NCBI GenBank assembly: GCA_964016885.1
Contig: OZ024745.1
Location: forward strand, 14,508,001 to 14,572,000
DNA from: Eledone cirrhosa
Taxonomy: Eukaryota
DNA: 64,000 nt
Direction of reading: 5' to 3'
The notes beneath the pieces are model-generated. The model was not told the origin of the DNA and did not search any database. It saw only the letters and a program-made list of their open reading frames with translations. A program made the translations under genes and the position numbers. Below are positions 12,296 to 28,544 of the stretch, one piece after another (positions within the stretch are counted from its first letter, which is position 1; every line of letters begins with the position of its first letter).

Positions 12296-12475
12296 AGAAC
12301 GTGACTGGTATTTTCTCTTATCAACAGAACGAGACTGGTTCTTTATCTTATCAATAGAACGAGACTAGCCCCTCATCTTATCAATAGAACGAGACTGGTC
12401 TGTCATCGTATAAATAGAACGAGACTGTACTTTATCTTATCAATAGAACGAAACTGTACTTTATCTTACCAATAA
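12296..12475. repeat. ~30 bp minisatellite, ~6 copies
   Basis: tcttatcaatagaacgagactgg unit repeated. Confidence 0.85.
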
Positions 12476-12612
12476 TACATAACTTACTTTATTCTATCAG
12501 CTCTATTTGGTTGCTATTTTATTGTATTCACAGTACTTGACTGATGCTTCGACAGTACTTGACTGGTACTATATTATATCTAGAGTACTTGACTGGTACT
12601 ATATTATATCTA

Positions 12613-12999
12613 AGGCGGCGAATTGGTAGAGTCGTTAGAACGTCGGATAGAATGTTTTGCTGTATTCCTTCCGGCACTTTGCTCTCTGAGTTCAAATCCT
12701 GCTGAGGTCAACTTTGTTTTTCATCCATTCGAGGTCGATAAAAAAGTACTAGTCTAGTACTGGGGTCGCTTCTTCCTCTATATCTATTTCCCACATTATC
12801 ACTTTCTCTATCCTTCTCTTTGATTAATTCAAGTTCGATTAGATAAGTACTAGTTTAGTACTGGTACATTTTTATCGACTATAAATGGATGAAAGGCAAA
12901 GTTGGCCTCGACAGGATTTGAACTCAGAGAGCAGAGAGTCGGAACAAATACCACAAAGTATTCTATCCGACATTCTAACGACTCTGCCAATTCGCCCCC
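12613..12999. mobile_element. Two SINE copies in tail-to-tail inverted arrangement
   Basis: Plus copy ~12613-12820 (ggcggcgaattggtagagtcgttaga...) and minus copy ~12845-12999 (...ctgccaattcgcc). Confidence 0.8.
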
Positions 13000-14733
13000 T
13001 ATTATCCACATATTACGACCTGGAAATAGAGATATTTAAAAAGATAGGATGGTGGTCAGATGATGAAAAGAAATAATCGGCTCTAATAATATATATGCAA
13101 CATAAATAATGAAAAGGGACACGGATATGAAAATGTGTACCATAGCATAAATATAATTGCACTACTACGCCCAATATATATTTTACGTAGAGAATTGTCG
13201 ATGTAAAATATATCAGTAAAAAAAATATAAGTAGATACAAGTAAGAGAAAATGCCCGAGGAAGTGGAAGCTTGTACTGAGTTATACAGTAAGAATATGCA
13301 CTGACAATAAGAATTGAAATAGAGAAGAAGAAAGCGAAGAGAAGGAGATGTAAAATAATTAAATAGCTAAAACCTATTTTTCTTTGTTTTATTGATCTCG
13401 ACATTGTTATTATAGCATGCAAGAAAAAAAAATCAATATTTCCCGATAATGTCTTTCAGAATAAATGATCCTTAGGGAAAATAAAGTTATTGATATTTTT
13501 GATCGAATTTCCTTATGAAGAACAGAACGTCTGCTTTGGTTTATATTAATGGAATTTTTTTTATCTCTTTACGAAGTTCCTAATTTGAAACTAGTTCTCC
13601 ACATAATGTCATAACCGAAAGATTCAAAATTTCTTAATAGTTGAGCCACCGACCACATTAATGGATTCTTTTATACTGTTTTATACTTAAAATACGTACA
13701 ACTCTAGTTTCAGTGATGAGAAAATACACTGTTAAAATATGTTCATACAATTTTTTCTGTTATTTAAATATATAAGTAGATTGATTAATGTTTCATTACC
13801 TAATGTCTTAGCAGTTTTATACAGATTACACAATAGGAATTAATGTGATGTATAGGAGAGAAAACTCATCTCATTATATAAGGGGGAAATGGTTGTTGGT
13901 GCTTTGAAAAATCTGTATTTATGATCTGCATCGTTTCTATAGAAACATAAACATAACAGCCTCTATTTTCTCGTAATTGAATAGACGCTGTTTAAATATA
14001 AAATAATGAAAATGTATGTTTCCTATAATTGATTTATTATTCGTTATTATATTTACATCTGTTAAGTATACAACACCTTAGAGAATATATATAGTTGATC
14101 ATATTTACTCCAGTACTTGGTTAGTACTATATATGCTAGTCATCCAGCCATGGGCTCTGACTTCTTGATGATGTTATAGGGAAGCCATCGTGAAATTAAA
14201 GCCTAGCTGATCCCGTCTCTCTCCACGTTTGAATACAAGAAGGGAAAGGAAAGAGAAAGAAAGAAGAAATAAAGAGAAAGAAAACGGGAGGCAGAGAGAT
14301 AGAAGAAGAATCTACTCCAGAAGTGGAACGGTGCTATATTGACCTCGAAAGGTTGAAAAGAAATGAGTTGATTTCGGAAGGATTCGAGCCCAGAACGCAA
14401 AAAGTCAACAAATATCAGAAATCAATCTCTCCGCTGTTCTAACAATCTTCCACATTTCCATCTCATATTGACAGAATGATAAATAGTTTATAAATAATAT
14501 TCTTTGTCGTATTTATATTTACAAAAAAATATATAAAGCAACAAGGAAATAAAGAATAAAATAAAAATAAAAGAAATAATATCAAAGAAGAAATTAAGCA
14601 ACGAAAGGAAGAGTGAGGCGACAGACTCTGCACTCCAGTCTGACCGGTATATCTTACCCTGAGATTCGAACTTTGACTGTAAAGGACCGTAAGTAAATAC
14701 ACACAGATATTTCACCCGATGATCAACAAATGA

Positions 14734-14928
14734 TTTTGCTAAGCCACAGTCTTACCATTTTTCTAACCCACAGTCTTACCATTTTTCTAAGCCACAGTCT
14801 TACCATTTTTCTAACCCACCGTCTTACCATTTTTCTAAGCCACCGTCTTACCATTTTTCTAACCCACCGTCTTACCATTTTTCTAACCCACCGTCTTACC
14901 ATTTTTCTAACCCACCGTCTTACCATTT
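14734..14928. repeat. 24 bp minisatellite, ~8 copies
   Basis: ttttctaacccaccgtcttaccat unit; explains the repetitive ORFs at 14723-15103 and 14730-14978. Confidence 0.95.
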
Positions 14929-15769
14929 GCCGATTCTTTTCCAATAAAAATTCTTCACTCTCACGTCGTAATCCATGAGCCGTATACTTGAAATATTTCA
15001 TATTTTTTTCTGAATTCAGATAAACGCTAACGTTACGCATTGTATACACTCTGCAATAAGATCTCAGAATCATGCTGGAAGCTTCATAAAATACATAAAT
15101 CATTTTATTTAATATATAGATAATGCAAACGACACTGAAAACAAGTCACGTACGGAAAATTGTAATCATTCAAAATAATCAACAAGCGAAAAAAGAAACA
15201 TTAACATGATAGTATATACATAGCAGCAGCATTTACATCAATGGTCCCTTCAGGTTACGTATCCCAACCATCAGTTGGTTTTATCGAAAATGAATGGAGA
15301 CACAATTGCATCACGTTTTAACTCCCCTTACAACTTATACAATCTACACAAAAACACCAACATACAACATCAAGCTATTTAACATACTTAGTGTTCAGAT
15401 ATTTCCTGATCCACGTATTTAACTACCATACATCCCTATCAACAATCTCTATACAACGCAATTTCTATCATCTAGCCTCCATCATCATAACATACACACA
15501 CACGCCACGCACACACGCACACACACATGCAAACACACACATACACACATGCACACACACACACACGCACACACACACACACACGCACACACACACGTAT
15601 CCCCCCCACACACACGTGCACCAATGAAACAATGAAATTCAATCCAATTCCTTGAAGAAACATTGCCAACTCCACATAATCTAGAATATTCACATAATTA
15701 CGATATATTTTAAAATTTAACAAAATCAGGAATCATCTCGGTTTATTCACTAAACCCTTTAAATCTATA

Positions 15770-15966
15770 CGAGCGTTGGCTTAAAAGTTCATAGGCTGAC
15801 CAAGATACTCTCATGGAATGACCAAATGAGGTTTATCTTTCAACATAGTCACTAAAAAGAAACACTACAGTTATTAATCAGAAGACTTGAAATTAATGCA
15901 TGCACGATCTCAGGGTCTAGCATCACTCCTTCATAGTCAGCCTATAAACTTTTCAGCTGACCTTCA
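15770..15966. mobile_element. Tc1/mariner-type MITE
   Basis: TA-cgagcgttggcttaaaagttcataggctgac ... gtcagcctataaacttttcagctgaccttca-TA. Confidence 0.8.
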
Positions 15967-17904
15967 TATGTATGTGAAATGGATATTGCCCTTAATCTAT
16001 TTTGAATATTATCAGATGTCATTCATGAAAACAATTCTCAGTTTAGTAAACTCTCAGTATTCGTAAGTTCTATATGTAACCCAGTTGAGGATTTCATAAT
16101 ATACGTCATGAGAGATAAAGTGTTGTAACTATCTTTCGTCATAAAATGTACATTGTCAGTCGAAATTCAGAGCAATGGTATCATTGTTTGAAAGCCAACC
16201 TATATATGTTATCCCTATGTCGAAATGTATGTTTGCATATTTCATGGCGTATTCGCACAGTTTATATGTATTAAAGTCCATGGTTGAGATATGTAATACA
16301 ACGCTACCTCTTCAGAGTTAGGTCTATCTTGATTTTAGGATATTTTTGTGATAATCAGGAAATATATTATTGTATATTTATTTCAGTAAAGACTACTTCC
16401 AAATTTATTTCCAGTTTCCTGCGTTCTATTTCTAAGATACCAATTGTCGGATATGTATATAGGTTTATATTCTATCTATTCTTTGTAAATAGCAATTCGC
16501 AATTTACTTTACCTGTGTGTTTGAGTGTGTGTGCGTGTGGAAGAGTGAGATAGAGTGTTTGAGTGTGTGTGTTTGTGTGTTTGTGTGTCATCATTATTAA
16601 CGCTTTCATCTGAAGACTATTATAGATGGAACATAAGAGAACATTGTGATTAAAGCTATGGTGGATCTTCAAAGATTAAGGTTCTGTGATCTATAATACA
16701 GTTAAATATCTTTTACATTTTCGCGAGTGATTTCGAATATTCTTCTTATTTCAAGCTAAAAACACTATTCTGAAACTTTAATGCTAGCTTCAAATTATTT
16801 TAGATGAGTAACTATTGCAAACAATGTTACTCTAGGGTTTTATATTCCCCTAACCTATTGGAGGAGATCAAAAGGGTTTATAATTATTTTCAAGTTCAAC
16901 CGAATGATTATTCAGCTAAAACTGGTTGTTGATGGTCGTTATGTTTGAAATAAAACAACACGAGAAATATTCGTTATTTGTGAAAATTCCGATAAAAGAA
17001 TCAGAATTGAATAAGATGCTGAATATAATACAACTATGTGTGAAATATTTTAGACAAATATTTGTGAAATACTTCAATTGTAGTAATTGAATCAACTTTA
17101 TTTCCCATGGTTGACAATGGTATGAGACTTGGGTGTTAAAAATAATGAATAAAACTGATATCTCACCAAACAAATCAATATATTATGTCATTGATGAAGA
17201 AAGCCTAACGATCCATGAAACAAGTTTCATTATATGGGAAACCATATAGTTTAAAAATCCTGAATGCCCGGAGAATTAAAAAGGATTTCGTATTCTATTG
17301 TTTACAACAAAAGATTGTTGAAATATGAACAACAATTGATGTGACAAGAAGAATTTCAATAACTATGATATTGATTAATAATGATGATAATGCTGATGAT
17401 GCTGAAGACGATAGTAATGATAATGAGATAGCAATGATAATGATAACAACAACAAAAACTAGAGAAAAACGTTATTGAATACAGAAAAACAAGAAAACTA
17501 CACGCTGCAGAAAATGATGATTAAAACTAACTTTAAACCCATAAGAAGAAGAATCTTTACCGGATCCTTCTTACTTGTTTACTGTTCAATTATGGAGGAA
17601 AGGATATCAATTATGCTCCCTTAATTTTTCAGGGCCTCTGACACTGATGAGGGAAAATAATAATTAAGCTGGGTACCTGATCCAAATGTTTTTAACAGAA
17701 TTACCTAGGAACCAGGTGTGGTAGTGTTAACCTAACTGACGGTTGAGTCTAATCTTCTACCTAATTCAGATTAATAACGTTACTGAATGACACCACAAAT
17801 GGTTATAAATGTTAAGGAAAGAAAATATAAAGCATCATTTCAATACCTATGTTTAAAACTATATAGAAAGGATACTAGCGACTTGCATTTGATAGGGTTG
17901 ATGA

Positions 17905-18522
17905 CTAGTGTTACATAGCTGGAATGAAAATCAGTGCTGCGAAAACTGAGACACTCCTCCTCGCAAGGAAGCCTGCGCAGTGCACTCTACATGTGAATGG
18001 AGTTCCACTGAAGCAGGCGGAGAAGTTCAATTATCTCGGGACCATTTTCACGAGTGATGGAAAGCAGGAGGCTGAATTAAGTGCAAGAATTACAGGAGCT
18101 GCTGCTGCAATGCGTCAGCTTCAGCATTCGGTAATCAGAAGAAGGGAGGTAGGTGTAAAACCCAAATTCGGTATTCGTGTTAACATTTACGTTGGGTAAT
18201 GAGCGAAAGAATATGATCACGATTGCAAGCGGCCGAAATGCGGTTCCTCCGAAGAGTCTTTGGAGTAACTATACTTGATAGAGAATCACTCCAGATAGAG
18301 TCGCTACTTCTCCGAGTTGAGAGATCACAGCTCCGATACTATGGACATGTGATTAGAACGTCTCAAGAAAGAATCGCTGGACAGATTTTAAGGGCAAAAC
18401 TAACCGGCAGGAGATCCAGGGGTAGACCTCCAGCACGATGGTCGGATAACATGCATGAGGTTTAGCTGGTGACACTAGGGGATCCGGCTGGGTAAGTTGG
18501 AGACGGTTGCTTCTGACAGGAC
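17905..18522 (+). mobile_element. RTE-clade LINE, RT C-terminal fragment
   Basis: MKISAAKTE, FNYLG, AAEMRFLRR, QLRYYGHVIR and RGRPPARW motifs across two broken ORFs. Confidence 0.85.
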
Positions 18523-18587
18523 ATACCCTAAGTATTTAGTACAGTGGTGCGTTATGGTCCATCTGGTATCTTACCACATCCTCTTTG

Positions 18588-18621
<34 letters not shown>

Positions 18622-19764
18622 TATGAAACGATGAAATGATAAAATATCTGAATGTGAGCTATTTAATCTGTACGAGGAAAATTTCATATATGAAGCATCC
18701 GAAGAAAATATTATTGTAATCGACATCACAAAATCTTTAGATGCAATTATCGAAAGAGCTAATCAACTGTAAAAATCAATATAAAATGCTAACTGTTCTG
18801 GCCCCGACGAAGAAATCAATAGTAATGATCAAGGGAGATTAATCAGGTGCAATAACACTGATGAATTCATTAATCAAAAGTAATGAAGACAATGTTCAAT
18901 ACAGTCTACTAATAGCTTTGTTTCAAATTTTCATAAGAAATCTATCGATCTCTACAAAGGTATCTTTACTGTAAACATCTGGCATAGTTTCTTCAACTAT
19001 AATCTAAAACTTGAATCTCTTCAATAATAATAAATGTGATGATTGTCAGATCGAACCAAGAACGCTATATGTTTACATTGGGTTTTCTATTGCATATAAT
19101 ATATTGTGAAAATCGTGTGGCTGAGTGGTTAGAGAATTGGATTAGCAATCGTGAAGTTAAGAGTTCGATATCCAGACTGGACAATGCGTTAGGTCTTTAT
19201 TTTACGTTGCTCTTTCTGCCAGGAATTGCGACCGGTAGATAGTACCAGCTATGGAAGACAAATGGAAACGTTGTTTCCTTGGTTCGATTCGATGAATTCC
19301 CCCTCATTCGGTAAGCGGAAGTGGTTTGAGATTTTATCGATCAAATCTCTCTCTTTACCCAGCCCCTCTTTCTTTCTGTATCTATGTATCTATATACTAT
19401 ATGCCGGTAAAAAAGTTCTGGTAGAAGCTTCATTCACCACTCGTGTAACTGGAGGTGGAAATTGTACTCACAACGTAAAAAACTGAAAGCAGTCAGTTCG
19501 ATTCTTTAAAAATTCGACAATACCCCGTCCCTGGACTGGTAGTCTACCCCGAAAGCATGAAAGGTAAAATTTACCTTGGTGGGATGTGATCATAGAGTGC
19601 AGAGAGCCGGAACAAATGTCAAAGCATTTAATCCGATGCTTAAACGACTCATATTTTTAAAAGGAACAACTTCGGGAATTTTAAACAAGTATTATTTTGT
19701 GTTCTAGCTTAAGAATATCGCCTAAATATCACAGAAATGTTGCTGAATTATCACTGAAACAGAA

Positions 19765-19955
19765 CCAGTCTAGGATTCGGGTCGATTCATTCTCTGTATC
19801 TCTTTTTTACTTCATTTCTCTCATTCTCTATCCTTCTCTGGGAAAAAAAAATCTGCTGTATTCTGGCCAGGAAAGGGAATGGGCTCCACCAGGTTTTAAA
19901 CTACTCTAGGAAACGCCGTATGACGCCTTTAAGATCCCCTCAGGTGTTACCATAC
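19765..19955 (+). mobile_element. SINE type B tail fragment
   Basis: ccagtctaggattcgggtcgatt...aatctgctgtattctggccagg...atgggctccaccagg matches 9900-10097. Confidence 0.7.
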
Positions 19956-20077
19956 TATATCATTTAGGGGCCTATTTACTTGATTAACTACTGTATGTCC
20001 AGGTAAATAATATTTATAGAAAATACCCTTATAGAATATAATTTAAATAAAACTCAAAATGAAAACAACGTGGTATA

Positions 20078-21334
<1,257 letters not shown>

Positions 21335-22138
21335 TATTATATGAAACATTGTGATATATGCGGTTAAAATTGTTTGAGGAAAGCCAGTGAAATGCAAGTT
21401 AAAGATGGAAGAATGGAAACGACAATAAAGTTTAAAAAATCTTTTTAGAAAATTTAAATATTTAAGTAATGCAGTTTTAGCAAGAGATAAGAAACCGATT
21501 GTAGGTGCTCTAAACATGGTATTGTCGTAACATAATTAGGAGCTAAACATTTTTTTGCAATCGTTCTACTCGTTATCTGTTAGATTAACAGACACAGGAA
21601 TGCTCTGGAATGTTGATAAAATGTATTATTGGATTTAAGACGTATTTGAATTTGCTTCCTATTCTTTAATAATATTTTCTATCTCGTGACTCCACTATCA
21701 ATTATCGCTTGCTGCTAAAATGCTACAGTTGATGTATTTTTAGTGAACAGCAAATCTTATTTGCAGCTATTTGCATATAATTTTACTAATAATGTTTTTA
21801 ACTTAATAAGTTGTAGTTAATAATGAACCAATAATTGATGATGTTAGAAAGAGGTTTTGGCAATGAAAATAACAGCTAGCTGTCAGTGGAATGAATTTAG
21901 TTCCTCTTGGAGAGGTGTGATCCCTAGATGTACACAGTTATGTTTTGTAATATAAGTTCGTTAAATAAATGAGAATGAGTTTAGAAATAATCTTTTATTA
22001 CGTGAGAATGTAGTTTCAAACAGTTAAACTGCTAACCATGCATCTTTAAGTAGATGCTGGATCACTAAAGATTAATTATATTTCATTTAAAGCATAGTGG
22101 TAGTTTTAACCTTTCAGCCTAGTTATTATTTACGAAAC

Positions 22139-22398
22139 ACCATCGTGATGGTTGCCTAGGTGTTTCGTAAATAATTGTTTCTACTTTTGGCACAAGGCCA
22201 GCAATTATCCCAGTGTATTACTGGTACTTTATTTTATCGACCCCGTAAGGATGAAAATCCCGCCGAGGTTAACTTTGCCTTTCATCCTTACGGGGGTCGA
22301 TAAAATAAAGTACCAGTAATACACTGGATTAATTGCTGGCCTTGTGCCAAAAGTAGAAACAATTATTTACGAAACACGTAGGCAACCATCACGATGGT
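22139..22398. mobile_element. Fold-back of two partial SINE-A copies including an inverted copy of flanking DNA
   Basis: 22139-22256 is the reverse complement of ~22280-22398; direct repeat attatttacgaaacac at 22125-22140 and 22362-22377. Confidence 0.9.
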
Positions 22399-22419
22399 AA
22401 ACTATGCATGTATGTATAG

Positions 22420-22746
22420 ACCACTCTTGATGGAGTGGTAGGGTGCCATATTAACACACGACGTTTCTAGGACATTTTTAAAAGCTGGCATAGCCATTTC
22501 CTCTCCAGGTCTAAATACAGCAGAATTTCTTCCAGAGAAGAATAGAAAGTGAGAAAGAGGAAGTGAGAAAGGGATATAGAAGAAGGGTCGACCTTAGTAC
22601 TAGACTGGTACTTTTTTATCGACCTTAGATTAATGAAAGGCAAAGTTGAGCTCAGCGGGATTTGAACTCAGAGAGTCGAGAGTCGGAACAAATACTGCTA
22701 AACATTGTATTCCACGTTTTAGCGACTCTGCCAATTCGCTGCCCCG
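22420..22746 (-). mobile_element. tRNA-derived SINE type B
   Basis: Reverse complement matches 9765-10097 over its length. Confidence 0.8.
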
Positions 22747-23449
22747 TGGTAAACTATACAAACGCCATTATATAATTTACTCTTTGTTAAAATAGCCTGC
22801 TAGAAGAAACAATACTTCCAGAAATGTCCACTATCTTTTAAACATGACTTCATACACATACTGTCTCATTCTTTAGATACATACTAAATTAGCTTCTCAC
22901 TTGAAATATTCTGACTTTCAAAATGAAAACAATTTAATTAATCCAGGAAAATTTACTTTGTATGTCGATGGCAGTTTATAAAACCCACATAAAATGATTT
23001 ATCTACTTGCAGCTTGTTAACAAACGACTGCCTACACACACATCTTTGATTGTTATCGTACGCTTTCTGTATGAGAACGGCACCTCCCGCTAAAAAACAG
23101 AACAAAAACACACGAAAAACACACGGCGAACATCAAATAAAGTAAAAATAAAGTGTTATGCTCAAGGGCATAATGTATTGCCCTCTCCGGGAATCGAACT
23201 CGCAACCTCACGATTGCCAATCAAATTCTCTCACCATAAAGCTTTTTTTCGAAAAAAACAAAGCAAAAAAACTCCCAGAAAGATTCTACAATTATAAGGC
23301 TGTGTCTGCTTTTCAGACTTTTAAAGGCAGGATAACTGTCTAGCATGAGAATGTTGTTGGATTTAAGCTAAGGCCTTTCTTCCTTTATTCCTTTATCGTT
23401 CTGAGAATACACATGCAATAAACACACGCTGCCTATTGAATACTGTGTG

Positions 23450-23730
23450 AATAACAAAGCATGGATGATGCAAGCTCTTTTCAAGAATGGAGCGTAATTT
23501 TTTTATATCGGCGACGAAGCGGTAAAGGTTATTTCATTAAAAATTATCTTTCTCCTTGATGATTCCCACATAAAGTTGATGACCTCGTCACTGATGTTAC
23601 TATATTTGCCAAAAACATCACCACTACTAACCTACAGTCTATAGAGCAGAGAACTATATTTAAGAAAAACATCTGTCAATGTAATATCTACTATAGTGAA
23701 TGAAGTACCGACAATTGGCTTTACAACGAA
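23450..23730 (+). mobile_element. Highly decayed CR1/L2-like RT relic
   Basis: Remnants DDL, TIFAKNIT (FADDT-like) and E*STDNWLYN (W...N.L.FN-like) in the expected order. Confidence 0.25.
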
Positions 23731-25040
23731 GTAGGAGGAACGCAACCTCGTCGTTAAGTGAGGTATGGTTGTATATAGCAGGTGTTTATCGAGTACGTGT
23801 AATGTGTCAGCATATAAAAGGATATTTCTCTGACATCTGACTCGAGACATAATATATGTAATAGACATTAAACATCTTGTTGCAAGGGAGGATTAAACCA
23901 GTCTTTCAGCATTAACATAAAGGACAAATTCTCTCACACTGTTTCTCTTCTCTCTTCTTTCTATCTCTTTCTTTCTGTCTACATATATGGAGAAAGAGAG
24001 TGAGAGGGACAGAGAAGGATGGACGTTCGTATTCTGTCGTCATATTTTCTCTTGCCAATATTTAACTCTGAATAGCTGATTCCATCTAGCCTGATGTAAT
24101 TCATTGGCTTGCTGTTTTATGTTGGCTCAGCGCAAATGTAAAAGATGTAAACTGCGATAGACTGGTTCATATCCAACTGAATATAAAGCTCTTATACATT
24201 TAACCCTAAAGAAAGTAGAGATATGCATCGGTTTCTATTTCAGACACACACATACATACACACACACACATGTATTAATTCATTGTAAGCTAAAACTTCC
24301 CTTTGTTGTTACCGATGTATTTATATATTCAGTTGGTTCTGTTACTAAGTGTATAAGTTATATTCTCACAGAACTGGACATTTTAGAGGAAGAAAATAGC
24401 GAGCTACCACACTGTTTGCAAATATATGTTAACGGAACAGTAAAAATATGCATTTTTTTCTACTGTTCAACATAAAAGTTTTCATCGTTATATTTATTCA
24501 CATTCTAGTGATACATTGTTATAAACCAGCACATACTTTATACAACGAATTAAAAAAAAAACACAAGAAAATAAAGACAGTGTACGTATAAAAATATGGC
24601 ACCGTCAACCTCTAAGGCGCAAACATAGAGAACAATCTACGAATGTGTCTTTGATCGTTTTTGGTGTACAAATATTCCCCGCTAAGTCTGTCTAGATCTG
24701 TAATTAGCTTTGTTCTCTTATATAAAAAGAATAACTGAATAACTGAGTTATTCACACTATTGTAAAGCGCGTATTTTAGTGGTAAGAATGTACTCGGACC
24801 AAATAATCCGGTGCAAAGTTAAACTTTATATATATATATATATATTATTATTATTATTAAGTGGGTAACTTGTAGTTACTAGCGTCGACGCTGGTCGTAG
24901 CACTCGATGCTGTTACTGCATCCGTCTCTCGTTGGGTTGAACTCCAGGTTTAAGGCGGCTATATTTTGCAGAGTATATATATATTTCGTTTCTGAATTTG
25001 TTTAGCAAGATTCTTTATCTGAAAACGTGTGTTGAAACGG

Positions 25041-25122
25041 ATATTGTTATACTTTGGGAGGGTCATGTTGCCAATAACTGGTGCGTGTGTTTCTTATTGG
25101 CAACATGACCCTCCCAAAGTAT

Positions 25123-25130
<8 letters not shown>
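25041..25130. repeat. Perfect 37 bp-arm hairpin abutting (TA)n
   Basis: atattgttatactttgggagggtcatgttgccaataa -16 nt- ttattggcaacatgaccctcccaaagtataacaatat. Confidence 0.95.
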
Positions 25131-25178
<48 letters not shown>

Positions 25179-25280
25179 TAACTACACACATACGCGCGCG
25201 CACACACACGCACACGCGCGCGCACACACATGCACACACGCATATATATATATAGTGTATTCTCATTCAAACATCCTCCA

Positions 25281-25350
25281 GTCTGAGGAGAATCGTGCGC
25301 GATCGCTACCGATTCTACCTTAAGCTGATCAAATGTGAAACGCGCGTCAT
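25281..25350 (+). ncRNA. Degenerate hammerhead motif related to 33164-33248
   Basis: gt-CTGAGGA ... GAAA-C GCGC G-TC-at; shares cctt(a/g)agctgatca...gaaacgcgcgtca with the 33 kb copy; stem II does not close at GAAA. Confidence 0.45.
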
Positions 25351-25394
25351 GTATGAATGGACATAATGATTTAATATTGACTTCATTTCTAAAT

Positions 25395-25815
25395 TTTATT
25401 ATTATTAATATATATATATTATATATTATTAATATATATATATATTAATATATATTATTATTAATATATATATATATATTAATATATATATATAATATAT
25501 ATATATTATTAATATATATATATATATATTATATATATATATTAATATATATATATAATATATATATATATTATTAATATATATATATTATATATTATTA
25601 ATATATATATATATATATATTATTAATATATATATATTATATATTATTAATATATATATATATATTAATATATATTTATAATTTATATATATATATTAAT
25701 ATATGTATATATATATTATTAATATATATATATATATGTATATATGTGTGTGCATGTGAGTGTGAGTGTGAGTGTGTGAGTGTGTGAGTGTGTGTGTGTG
25801 TGGGTGTGTGTTGGT
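25395..25815. repeat. Compound (TA)/(TAT) and (TG) microsatellite
   Basis: Direct inspection. Confidence 0.95.
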
Positions 25816-26139
25816 ATGTATGACAGTAGTGTTATAATATGATATTATGAGGAGACAGAATCGTAGTGAGAGTTAGCTTCTGATGAGTAGAGAAGACTCG
25901 GAAATAGAGAAAAGTAGATTTTTCTGTTTTGAACGGAAGAATAGCTGTGAGCACTTAACTTTTCCTCTTTTCACAGCGAGGTCTTTTAATAAAAGAACTA
26001 TAGTTATATCTTCTTCTTCTTCTTCTTCTTCTTCTTCTTCTTCTTCTTTAAGACTTATGACCATAGGTATGTTAACACGAATACTGAATTGAAGAGAACG
26101 AGTTTGGCATTTATTCCTACCTCCCTTCTTCCGAACACT

Positions 26140-26512
26140 GAAACTGGTGCATTACTGCATTATCGCCTGCACTTAATTCAGCCTCTACATTCCATTACTC
26201 ATGAACACGGCCTCGACTTACTTGAAATTCTTCACCTACTTCAGTGGAACTCCACTCCTCCTTGAGAAGACGAATATCTCAGTCTTCGCCGCAGTAACTT
26301 TCGTTCCTGCCATGCAACACTCGACAACAACCTATTAACAAGTTAACTAATACTATGTCGTCCGCAAATTCCAACCGATTGATCCTACATCCACCAGTCT
26401 TGATATCATTTCCGACCCGACTGCGCATGACAATCCTGTCCATGAAGATTATGAACAGAAGCCGTGACAGTACGCTCTCCTGGAGGAGACGTCGCTTAGA
26501 CTGAATGGTTTC
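26140..26512 (-). mobile_element. RTE-clade LINE RT core fragment
   Basis: Minus strand reads LQESVLSRLLFIIFMDRIV and INRLEFADDIV; downstream part matches 17925-18130. Confidence 0.8.
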
Positions 26513-26677
26513 AAATTAACTTAAATCTTCAAATATTTGTATGAATGCTTGCAGCATAAATATCTATTATATCTGCAATTACATTGACAATCGTATGTGA
26601 GACATGCAAAATTGCCTGTCTATTTCAGCCATATTCTAGATTCTAAATGAATATGTCTATCTATCTATCTATCTATA

Positions 26678-26785
<108 letters not shown>

Positions 26786-27257
26786 GATCTCTTTCTCTCT
26801 CTCTATATATATATAGCGTTGCTACAGTTATATCACATTAAATTTACCTAAAATCTCCTAATACATAAACATATACATACATACACTCACAGATATGCAT
26901 GCATTCCTATGTAATTGTATATAAAAACATGAAAATATACATAGCATTAAATTATATATTAAATAGGTAGGATTATATTCAGAGAATATCCAGGTAGTAC
27001 ATATTGTTCAAACATCTAATACACCGAACTTTAAAGTAGTTAATTACTAAGATACAGGTTATCTCTTTTTATATTAATAATTCCATCCCCTCATTTTGTT
27101 AGGTTGACTAAATTCAAGATTTCTCACTAATGCATTTCTATAGCAACGAATGGCGTCTGAGACAAATATTCTTAAACTCTTTCTTTCATTCTAACTTTTC
27201 CCATTAACTAGAGATTAGTTTTAGGAAAGTATTTATAAGTTTTCATAGTCTCTTACA

Positions 27258-27315
27258 TAATTGTTTCTACTTTAGGCACAAGGCCAGCAATTACCCAGTG
27301 CATTACTGGTACTTT
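27258..27315 (-). mobile_element. 5'-truncated SINE-A tail with 17 bp TSD
   Basis: TSD atagtctcttacataat at 27245-27261 and 27316-27332. Confidence 0.9.
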
Positions 27316-27385
27316 ATAGTCTCTTACATAATGATATGTATTAAGAATGCATACTGGCTTTCATGAGGTGTGTTCATTCCATTTT

Positions 27386-28305
<920 letters not shown>

Positions 28306-28544
28306 AAGATGCTATTAATTGAAACTCGATAGACCATTATTCAACTTAAGTAATCCATACTTTAAGGAAAATAGAGTGTTGATATTATTACGAGACATAT
28401 CTGCTCGGTGCTTTACGGTAAAGTTTAAACTGTTGCGATGGTAAAATGAAATTTAAAACCAAATGATGTGGATTAAATTTTGACATAGACTATCTCAACA
28501 GGACGGAGTTTTGCCTGCATTGAGGGGTGGGGAGACTTCTGATG

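Noticed and set aside
17644-18900. Further CTGATGA matches at ~17644 and ~18858 as hammerheads
   Set aside because: No properly placed GAAA or stem I; the 18858 case has a stem II but GACA instead of GAAA
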